64,000 bases of DNA from Octopus vulgaris (taxonomy: Eukaryota), in contig OX597815.1 in assembly GCA_951406725.2 (NCBI GenBank), positions 210,924,001-210,988,000 of the forward strand, in the 5' to 3' direction. Under the pieces are notes generated by a model. The model saw only the letters and a program-made list of their open reading frames with translations, made no database searches and was not told the origin of the DNA. Every line of letters begins with the position of its first letter. Within the stretch, counting starts at the first letter, position 1. Shown in pieces: positions 52,725-64,000 of this stretch. The translations under genes were made by a program, and so were the position numbers.

Positions 52725-53609
52725 GTATGTAAGTATGTATGTATGTATGTATGTATGTGTGTCTGTGTCTCTGGGTGTAATACAGAGGTATATTTCGTCC
52801 ATTAAATGCATATTCTATCGAACCATGCGTAACACAAAACTATTTGTAGCCATGGAATGAATCATCAGTTTCGAACGAATGAATAAATTCGCCAACATAT
52901 ACTGAGCCATTATTGTTTGGTTTCTATAACCTATTCGCTTATTCATCCTTTCTACTTTAACCCCTTCTGCTTCCAGCATGGAACTTTTCCCTATATTTCT
53001 ACTTCTACTCTGGCCTATTGGCTTTCTATCTGTCTTCAGATCACTCAGCAAACACACCAATTTATCCATCTCTCTACTATTCCTCTCATTTGTTCAATGA
53101 TTAGAGCTCGAACGACTAATCTAATATTCCTTTTTTATCCTAGTGTCGTGTATAGTAGTACATTGTTTCACTTTGCTTCTTTTGATCGTAAAGCACTTGT
53201 TTATCCTTTTGCAACCCGAGTCTCTGAGGCTTAACCACATATTTTTCGTGTTCCTTGATACTGTGTTCCAGTCGCTAAAACTTATCTATGTATTTTTTCA
53301 TGTTCTGAATGTCGTCTCCACGGCATCGGTGTCTAACAAACGTTTGTGGTGATTATTGATGCCAGTGAGTCTAGCGGTGCTGTCTTAAGTTGGCAACACA
53401 ACAGCAAATAACTCTAATGAGTGATTTTACTTTGCTCTGCTTTGACTACAGTTTTCAGCCTCAGCGCCTAATTTCTTCAATAATATATACCTGTGTCTAC
53501 GTATGTGTATATATATATATGTGTGTGTGAGTGAGTGTGCATGTGTATGTGTGGGTGTGGGTGTGGGTGTGTGGGCGTGTGTGGGTGTGTGTAAGTGTGT
53601 GTGTATGTA

Positions 53610-53653
<44 letters not shown>

Positions 53654-53889
53654 TAATGTATATGATTACTTATGTCTCCACCTCCGAATGTATGTGCTTA
53701 TACATATACACAGAAATAGAAAGAGAGAGACAGACAGACAGAGAGAATATAAAGATATGTATATATATATATATATATAAACGAATAAAATATATAGTGT
53801 ATAAACATATATGTGTGCTTTTGCATATATATAAATGTATATATTTATACATTAATGGTTGAATATTCCATCGTTATATTACATTTATT

Positions 53890-54072
53890 AGGGGAGAATT
53901 CACGAAAAAACAAAAGACGAAGACAGGTGGTGTCGAAAACAAACAGATGTATTAGTATAACGCTGGGGAATTGAAGAAGTCTTTTACGTTTTGAGCCTAC
54001 GCTCTTCCACAGAAAGGAACACAGAAAGAAACAATGAGAGAAAAAGAATGTGTGTAGTGACTACCGATCTAT
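53890..54072 (-). mobile_element. HHR-bearing element family H1 (copy 3)
   Basis: Close match to 6040-6225; motif CTTT-CTGTGGA-a-GAGC-gtag-GCTC-AAAA-CGT-A-AAAG at 53979-54017. Confidence 0.85.
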
Positions 54073-54816
54073 CTATTACATTTATTAGTTTATTCATTAA
54101 AACTTTTTCTCTCGTTTCATGTATGCGTTATTATCGTTATGTGGTAAGTATTTCTGTTTGTGTTCTTAAAGAAAGTATTTAACTCAAACTCCTGGGGTTG
54201 GATTGAACGGTCAGTACAAAAAGAACTTACTAATCACTAAAAACACTTCGACAATACCCTAATGCTGATCAGTAATACGAATAATAATGAAAAATTTGAA
54301 CTAAAGTAGCACAGCTAATAAAAGATGTGAATTTAATTGCCACACGCAAAGAGTTTAAATGAAACTGTCTGGAAAATCGGTTTTATGCAACGCTTGTCGC
54401 ATCTCATATTAATCAACACGTTATTGATTGTGTAGACATTTCAAACTAATTTATCAACACACACTTTCCACACACTTAATAATTTAGAATATCACAAGAA
54501 CTGGACACAAATCTAAAACACTCATGTATTTTTAATAATAACAATAACTCGCGTATTAAATGGCAAATCTCATAGTTAAGACATCCATTTAGACATATTT
54601 CGATACGAAATAGCAAATGCGAAATAACTAAATATTCTTTATCTCTTAATGTCCTTGCATATGTATTTACATGAAAAACATAACTCAAAGCCAAAAGAGG
54701 CAAATGAAATCTCCATGTAATACATATTTCTTGTGCATTTTCTCTTTTCAAGTAACATTTCACAAAACAGTAAAACTTGAAAGTGACATCGCATATTCTT
54801 CATCGTTTTTTAAAAT

Positions 54817-55578
<762 letters not shown>

Positions 55579-57374
55579 TCTAAGCCTAAATTAAATACAA
55601 GTCCAGCCGAAATACTCATGGTGTTCTCTTTGTTCCAAAAATAGCTTTAATCCTGACCTTTTCAACTCTGCTGGTTAAAAAAATTAACTCAGTAAAAGCG
55701 ACTACGGTACCCATTTGGATTTTATATCCCTACCAACGGAGGCGATAAAATAAGTACTAGCTGAGCACTAGGGTTGATGTAATCGACTTCTCCCTCTCCA
55801 ACGAAATTAGAAGCCCTGTGCCAAAATTTGAAATCAGTATTTATTGTTGAGATTGATTTATTCCCCTTGAAATAGCCATTCACTGTAAAAGTCAATAAGA
55901 AGAGAGTTTAGTTAATCTAAGAAATGAAATAGTCATTGTCGATACCAACGGAGGACCTTTATTTTCGAGTCATGTGACATGAAAAAATATACCACCTGCA
56001 AAATACTTGATGTTTTCGAAAACGTTCATTTCTGATGAAATATAAACCATTATTTTATTCAAATTTCTTTTTAAATTAAAATTTATGTTTATTTATAATC
56101 AAAATCTAATAACCAATGCTTGTGGCATGATTATTTAGTGATGTTCTAATCTTTTTTTTCTCATTCTGTCAACACCCATTTTCAAGTAATATCTGGCTCT
56201 AATTTGTACCATTCTTCTTGGAATACCACGAAAAAATATGTTGCTTTAAAAAATTATTAAATTTAAACTTTGACGTAATGATCTGCCATAAATTTTCAAA
56301 AGAGTTAACAAAGTTTCAATTTCATACCCTTAAAAAAACATTGGCAGAATCAGCTGGAGTATTATTATGTTGGGAAAGAAATGCTTTCGTAAAATTTCTT
56401 CTTTCTAATATCATAATATCATGCTGTGATATTTTCATTACAGAGAAATCAACGAACCCCTGCTACTGTTATAAGACCACCAACAAATCTTTTTGTAGTT
56501 TGTAAGAAACACTTCCATGAACTTGTCAAACATCTATAATAATAATCATCATACCAGAGGGGGAAATTTTGGTTCCTTAGAAAGAAAAATAACATTCCAG
56601 AAGTAATTTAATCCTTTTTCCTTGATAATTTCAGAAATGGATTTCTATCAGACGCATTTCTTTTCGTATGAGTTGTACATCTCCAAGCTCTTACACAAAA
56701 TTAGAATGTTTATCAAGTGTGTCTGTCATCTTGTGAAATTCTTCTCAAAGAATATGAAGGTTTGTTTCCTGTTCCAGAAGAATTTTGGAACTCTTCTCTT
56801 ACGTTGTGATCATTTGTTTCATCGGACTAAGTTTTCTTGGAAGCCGGATTTATTATTTTTTGTATCCTAATGGACTGGGCCATTTATAGTTGTAATAAAA
56901 TATTTAATTTTTATTCCAGATTCTTTCTAATTAAATTACTTTCAAATTAAATTAAAATCTTCATGAAATTAAGATATCAATTTCTGAAGTTAACATCTTC
57001 ATCTCGAAGTAAATTAATTTTTAAAATTTGGCAAATGTCTACTTTCTATATTGGAACATTATTGCTTAAAATACGGAGACTGCATTCTTATATACTATAA
57101 ATTTACTAATGAAAAAAATTAACATATCTTGGAGTGAAAAAGTAATTAACAGAAAGCGATCATGAGATAAACGAGACAATTTTGTTTTGTTTTTTTCTCA
57201 CAAAAATTTCAAACAATCAATACAATATTCGACATAAGTGGTATTTTAATTTACTTGTGACTTAACAGGTAGTATCTTATTGGCTATAGGTAATGTTGGT
57301 TTCCAGTAGCTCAACTAGGTCACATGGTGAAAATTGTTGCAGCGTATATGAGATGCAACCCGGTCATGCTTAAC

Positions 57375-57530
57375 TTATTTCAAAAGGCCAGCATTGTCGC
57401 ATTCTGTGTCACGCTGAATCTCCAACAAAAGTACATTAAGGGTACACATGTCTGTGGAGCACTCAGCCATATTCACGTTAATTTCACAAGCAGGCTGTTC
57501 TGTTGATTGGATCAACCTGGAATCCTCGTA
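57375..57530 (+). mobile_element. 3' part of SINE family E
   Basis: Aligns to 36450-36610. Confidence 0.72.
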
Positions 57531-57539
57531 GTAAAATCC

Positions 57540-58257
57540 TAACAACTCTGAATACACGAGCGCCCAACATGGACACAGCTCCAACTTTGAACCCCGAACA
57601 TTAGACCACAACCATAATCCAGCCTATCCTGTTAACACTATCCAGAATATTACCACAACTTCCACCATCCTTACAGATAGAATTATTAACAACAACGATA
57701 GCAAAAATAACGATAATATTAATAATAACACTAATAAATTAAACCTTTCAACCCTCATCTCTAACCTCTCTTTTGACAGTATTACGTCTTCCATTCCTGA
57801 AAATAATTCCCAAAATACACCCACTTGTAACTGCCGTCCTGGGTCCATCTGCCCTCTACAAACCCATTGTAGAAGATCTAATGTGATTTATAAATGCATC
57901 GTCATCAACACATAACACAATTCTACAGCTACATACATAGGGTCAACCATAAATTTTAAACAGCAATATGCCGCTCATCTCAATTCTTTTAGATACGAGA
58001 AACACAGTAAATGCACAACACTCGTCAGTCACATACATCATCTTAAAAATAGAAATATTCCCCACATTTTGTCATGGCCCATAATAGATTCAGGGCTTCC
58101 ATACCAAGGTCGACGCTTAGTCTGTAAGTTATGCCTAAAAGAGGCATTCCACATATTAAAAAACAACTCCTCGACACTACTAAATAAATATAAGGCCATA
58201 AGTACATGCAACCACGGCTTTTTGCATGCCTTCAAATTCTACCACAAATCTAAATGA
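57540..58257 (+). mobile_element. Penelope-like element, C-terminal GIY-YIG endonuclease remnant
   Basis: Asn-rich linker, then CNCRPGSICPLQTHC...NVIYKC...YIGST..FKQQY..H..SF...TTL..HI..LK...W.II...CKLCLKE...LLNK...CNH. One internal stop; followed by (TA)n. Confidence 0.9.
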
Positions 58258-58275
58258 AACCTAAATAACCACACA

Positions 58276-58351
<76 letters not shown>

Positions 58352-58873
58352 TTATCTTGCTTAAGATTGTAAGAATAAGTACGTTCAAACTTTAATATAT
58401 ATGAATATTTATGTGATGGATATTAACGATTAGTACTTATTTGAAACGATGCTTCATGAGAAGCCAGTTATATCTGATGTCTTTTCAAATGGATGAGACA
58501 CGTCCTATTCGCACACTTCATAAATATTAACATTATTTTACATGTAAGTACAAACATATCTTTTAAGATTTGTTTCAAAGCATTGCTAATTCAAAACTAT
58601 TTTTCTGTGGCATTTCGTGCTCTATTTTCCTCAATTTAGTCTAAGGAGAAAAGAAAAGATTCAATGACATCTCTTGTATAGTAAGGCCCATACGGTTCAT
58701 CTTAAATATTTGAATGTAAGTGGTGAAAAGGAAAATGCTGCTCCAGGAAAGAGCTTTGACAGAAAAAGCTTACTGGAATATATAGAGGGTTATACACAGA
58801 GTACTTGATAATATGCGTTGAATTGGGTGAGATCACACGTTTCAAAACAGGAGAGAGAGAGAGGAGGAGAGAG

Positions 58874-58908
<35 letters not shown>

Positions 58909-60540
58909 CAGAAAGAAAGAAAGAAAGAAAGAAAAGTAAGACAATCATATTAAGTCGTAGCCTATCACCCCATAGATCGAGACAACTTGTTGACTGATCT
59001 ATTTCAATATGTGAAAATCCTCAACTATAAAAAGTAGCCAATATATTTTTATTTCTTTACGTAGCCTGTGTACACGAAGCAACGAGAATTAAAATAATGA
59101 TGTGTGCTATTATGTTTAGAGAAATAACAGTCTTGGCAATAAAATATGAAGACACAACTGATTGGTGTTAACTGAAAAGTTAACAGACCCGAAAGCAAAA
59201 CTCTCAAGCCGAAGGAATTGATGTTCTGTAGCATCTTTTGGTCGTTAAAAAGGAAACACTATGTTTGATTAATCTAGCATGGCTGAATGAAATACACCAA
59301 GGTTAATTCTTCCTTTCATTCCTTCTTGAACGATAAAATAAAGTTCCAGTTCACAGCTGTGGAGCAGCGAATGGACAAAATTGTTATAGCAGACTTGTTC
59401 ACTCTGAGTTCTTAAGGGAAGCATTTAATCTGTCTTCCGGTTTAACACCACCGTCTGGTACTTGGGTACATTTAACGAACTTCCCAATGCTTGAAGCATT
59501 AGGACCAGACTTCCGGTTTGAGGCTAAATTCCTCTTTTCTTCCCATCAGTCTCAGAAATCCTGAACGATATAAAAAAAAGTGTTCTCATTCTTCCGCTAT
59601 ATATTTTAGCTGTAAAACAATAACTTGGTTTCTATTTATAGTGCAACATTCTCTCAATGCCTCTGCTTATGTTGCATAGGTTCTTCAAGTGTCAGGAAAA
59701 AACAAAAAAATTCTATTACTTCTGCATAACTAGGTATTATATGAAGCTTCTAATTTCTAACTTTTTTCGGTACACTAATCAACAACAACAATTATCGTCA
59801 ACAGACTTATAATTCATCTACTGTTTCTTCTTTTATTCTCCGATGTGTATTTATAACACTTACAAATAGTTTTGTCCTTGTACATTAACTATTTCAACAC
59901 AACAAAGACATTTCTAATCCAGTGCATTTTAGACAACTTAGGAGAAGTTTTTGTCTAGACGGACTTCAAACTCAAAGGAATAATTCATGAATTAGTAAGT
60001 TGCTTTCCTTAATTACAGAGTGACACATAAATGGAAACAAAATACACTGTACAAGGGAGTTGCTTTATGCGATTTCTAGTGCTTATAGTTGGATATGAAC
60101 GAATACTAATATGGAACTTGAAAATAACAAAAACAGAAAAAAGGATAAAGCTTTGCCCTACTATTCAAACTCTATTACTATGAGGCTCAAATTATATTCA
60201 GACTTCTAATTTGGAAATAATTCTTCGTTAATATTTACAATTACCTATTGAAATTTTTTTAAACAAATATTTTATTTTACACTATATCTTCCTAATAAAA
60301 TGTCGGAATGGCACTGAATTGAATGACGCTGAATTGAAATGCTCCCCAAAAACATGTGTGTGTATAAATACAAGCATATATATAAATCTAAATTCATATA
60401 TGTGTGTGTGTGTGTGTTTGTGTATCATATATGTTATATATTTATACATGCATATACGCGCACACACATTCATATACGTGTGTTTATTGAAAAGAAGTAA
60501 ACTGCGAAATTAATAGTCGCAATTTCAACTGAAAATACGT

Positions 60541-60579
<39 letters not shown>

Positions 60580-60622
60580 TGTGTGTGCGTGTATATATGT
60601 ATATATATATATATAAAACCAG

Positions 60623-60689
<67 letters not shown>

Positions 60690-60870
60690 TATATATAAAC
60701 ATATATGTACGTACCTATCTACATGTACATATACACGCATATATGTGTACAGGACACCAAAAAGACGTCGAACACATAGAGAGACGAAAAACATAGACAC
60801 AAACCAAGGAACAAGACAAGCAAAAAAAGGAGATACAGGACAATAAGCACAACGAAAAATCCCCTTCTTC
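60690..60870 (-). repeat. Family H3 fragment in (TA)n
   Basis: Reverse complement of ~50745-50935. Confidence 0.85.
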
Positions 60871-61149
60871 AATATATATATATATATATATATATAGCGG
60901 CGTACGTACACTTTTGTCTCTTATATGTAAGTATATATTTATCTAAATCTTGTACGACTCTATTCTTTCTTTCTATCAGCCCTTTCACTCTTATTCGTTC
61001 CTTCGTTTCACCTCTCTCACATTTCCCTGCCTTCTCTTCTTTCTCACTTTCCCTCCTCTTTTTACATCACTGTGTCTCTGTCATTTTTTCTCACCCCATC
61101 CTTAATTCTTCTGTCTCTTTGCCTCTACCTCTCCCTCTCTCTTCTTTCT

Positions 61150-61590
61150 CCACATGACCGGTGTTCGGCCACGCCTGATCTTTCTTTCTTGGTTCGGCCG
61201 TCGTCCGCGCAAATTCTATATTCCTCTCTGTGCCTGTGAAATCTTGTATCTCTGCCGTAAGGTTTTATTTTCCACACACGCCAGCTTAATTTAATTCGTC
61301 CTTAGTCGAAAAACACATATTGTTATGTCCTCTTATTTGTATTTGTGTAACATTCACCGTTTTTTTTCCGTCCTTGTATTCGTATACATTCGCTGCTTTC
61401 TTTCAAGGAATCTAATGCTCTTAGCTTAGTTTTTCCTTGGGCTGGCCAGATTGGAGCAATCTCGAGTATAACCCACCGAAATTGCAAAGATAATCTGGAA
61501 CTCGACTGAGGAAAGAAAACTCCGAATGAGCCGTCCTTGTTTTCTTTTTATCGTCTATCTGGATGTTTTGCGATCTTGTCCCTTTTTGTA

Positions 61591-61592
<2 letters not shown>
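61150..61592 (+). repeat. Longer copy of family H2 element
   Basis: The 3' ~180 bp match the reverse complement of 47988-48168; ends in (TA)n. The left boundary is approximate. Confidence 0.75.
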
Positions 61593-61655
<63 letters not shown>

Positions 61656-61660
61656 CATAC

Positions 61661-61692
<32 letters not shown>

Positions 61693-61702
61693 TTATATAT
61701 AT

Positions 61703-61741
<39 letters not shown>

Positions 61742-61774
61742 CAAATATATATATATTTATATATATATATATTT

Positions 61775-61863
<89 letters not shown>

Positions 61864-61864
61864 C

Positions 61865-61897
<33 letters not shown>

Positions 61898-61920
61898 CAC
61901 ACACACGCACATATTTATAT

Positions 61921-62050
61921 TCTTTTCAGTCCTTTCTGTCGAAGAGCGTAGGCTCAAAATTTCAAAGACTTCTCCATTCTTTCCAAGTATCAAACTAATA
62001 CACCTGCTTGTTGTTCTCCCACCTTTTTTGTTTTCTGCGAATCTGAACTA
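61921..62050 (+). mobile_element. HHR-bearing element family H1 (copy 4), directly upstream of a PLE ORF remnant
   Basis: CTTT-CTGTCGA-a-GAGC-gtag-GCTC-AAAATTTC-AAAG at 61931-61970, then AAACTAATACACCTGCTTGTTGTTCT as in copy 2. Confidence 0.82.
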
Positions 62051-62051
62051 T

Positions 62052-62668
62052 AGTATTAACAATGGTAATATTAATAATAATACTAGTCGGATTAATAACA
62101 GTGGTAGTGTTGATGGTAACAACGACAGCATTTCTATAGTCAGGGATATTGCCGGCGATAGTACAATTAATAATAATAACAATAATAGAAATAGTATAGT
62201 GGTCAATGCTAGCAATAATATTAACAGCAATCATAATAAAAACTCCGTCTTAATCTCGGAGGAAAACCCTAACAGATTAAGGTTCTTGTCCAGTAATTCC
62301 AAAATTAGAAATTCCATTTACCAGTGTAAAATTTCTTCCGGTACCGATGTCTTGTTCTATATTGGTGCGACAGTTTCTAGATTGTCCCAGAGAATTTCCA
62401 ATCATTATTCAACTTTCCGAGATAAGAGAAAACAACAAAGTACAGGACTAAGTAAATTGGTTTGGCGTCTTAAGGACAGCAATATAACTTTCAAGCTGGA
62501 TTGGTCCATATTGTCTGTATCCTTTCTTTTGATAAGGGCAGGAAATATTGTGGCATTTGTAATTCCGAACTCTTCCATATCCTTTTCGCCAAGTTCCCCT
62601 TGGTAAACACAATAATAGAAAAATCCTATAAGTGAAAGCATTGGCAGAAGCACACCTTCCACTCATAG
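62052..62668 (+). mobile_element. Penelope-like element, GIY-YIG endonuclease remnant (second, divergent family)
   Basis: Asn-rich linker, then NSIYQCKI...[19 protein letters not shown]...[12 protein letters not shown]...LDWSIL, a frameshift, and YCGICNSE...LVN...K*KH. Confidence 0.88.
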
Positions 62669-63227
62669 GAATGATGATTAATATAGATAACCTGTTTGAT
62701 TTTAATAATTTAGTTCCACTTCTACAACACCACCATAGACAAATCCTTTTTTCTACTCCGTTACATGAAGAACTACTACTAAATTTCTTTGGGGTATTTT
62801 TACCTCTTTCTCTCTACTTCTCCCCCCTCTCTCTCTCTCTATCATACGCACAATCAAACACACAGATACAAATTTATCACCTCACTACTAAATGTATTTG
62901 ACATTTGTCCCCCCACACACACAATCACGCACACACACACACACATACACAAATGTAGTTATATACATACACACACATAGACACTCAAACTCATTAACAA
63001 AAGCAAACACCCACGCATCCCCATACATACAGCTTATACTTTGTCCCCTTCCTATTCTTAGAACATTCTCCTTCCAACCAATTTTGAACTCTTTAGAACC
63101 TTCTCCATCCAACCAATTTTGACGTCATTGCTTATAACGGAATATTTTAAAGAAACACTCATTATCACTGTGGACACCATGTGGGCAGTCATCTAAAAGT
63201 TTTTGTTCGTCATGATGCTGACATCGG

Positions 63228-63319
63228 TTCCTTGTCTTTCCTGATGAGAAGGCGGCATAATACACCCTTTAAGAATTAAGAATATGCAGTCTTCGAAACA
63301 TATGTCGAGAGTAAAGGAA
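63228..63319 (+). ncRNA. Type I hammerhead ribozyme, probably in a PLE pseudo-LTR
   Basis: TTCCTTgtCTTTC-CTGATGA-GAAGGC.GCATA...TATGC.GTCTTC-GAAA-CATATGT-C-GAGAGtaAAGGAA: intact core, extended stems I and II, palindromic stem III, GUC site. Lies ~560 bp downstream of the GIY-YIG remnant on the same strand. Confidence 0.92.
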
Positions 63320-63365
63320 TTTTGTTAAAATCGTCGTTCGACTCCATTCTTTCATTTATATATCC

Positions 63366-63692
63366 TAAGACCCCCTTCGGTCATGAATGACCATGGGATT
63401 GCACCTAGAAAGTTACCCTCCTAGACACAAGTCCGGGCAAGGTTGTTTATGGAAGACCAGCAGTCGCCCATGCATACCAGCCTCCTCTCCACGCCACCAG
63501 TGTTATCCAAGGGAAAGACAAAGGTCGATACAGCTTGGAACCAGTGACGTCGCAACTCATTTCTACAGCTGAGTGAACTGGAGCAACGTGAAATAAAGTG
63601 TTTTGCTCGAGAACACAACACGCAGCCCGGTCCGGGATTCGAGCTCACAACCTCACGATCGTAAGCTCGACGCTCTAACCACTGAGACATGC
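63366..63692 (-). mobile_element. tRNA-derived SINE (family D)
   Basis: Reverse complement starts with a tRNA-like head (CTCAGTGGTTAGAGCG...GAGCTCGAATCCCGG), followed by a non-tRNA body (CACTTTATTTCACGTTGCTCCAGTTCACTCAGCTG). Confidence 0.8.
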
Positions 63693-64000
63693 ATACATAT
63701 ATATATACATATATATATATATACATACATATACATATATATATACATATATATATACATACATATACATATATATATACACACACACATACATACACAC
63801 ACACCCGTGTGTAAGTACATGTATATATGTAAACACACACATACATATATATATATATGTATACATATGTGTATATATATACATATATGTTTATATATAT
63901 ATATGTATGTATGTATATATAATATATATAATATATAATATATATATAATATATATAATATATATAATATATAATATTTATATATATAATATAGGCGCAG

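Noticed and set aside
63620-63692. tRNA-like sequence (also the heads of SINE families A, B and E)
   Set aside because: The cloverleaf is incomplete and continues into a SINE body, so these are not tRNA genes.

Overview
AT-rich, microsatellite-dense eukaryotic non-genic or intronic DNA. The SINE families and repeat landscape look like an octopus (coleoid cephalopod) genome; this is inferred from recalled family sequences, not from a search. No intact host gene is recognisable, and most ORFs in the track are translations of (TA)n/(CA)n/(GATA)n/(TAA)n repeats. The window is a mosaic of decayed mobile elements: a Helitron Rep/PIF1-helicase remnant split by a SINE, R4/Dong-type LINEs next to (TAA)n tracts, RTE and L1/Tx1-type LINE remnants, Tc1/mariner fragments and MITEs, at least five SINE-like families, and Penelope-like (PLE) RT and GIY-YIG remnants. 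The most notable unannotated signal is about a dozen type I hammerhead ribozyme (HHR) motifs with palindromic stem III, mostly in short elements inserted into microsatellites. They include a multi-copy family with a non-canonical CUGUNGA core and a palindromic element with one hammerhead on each strand. All folds were done by eye and coordinates of decayed elements are approximate.
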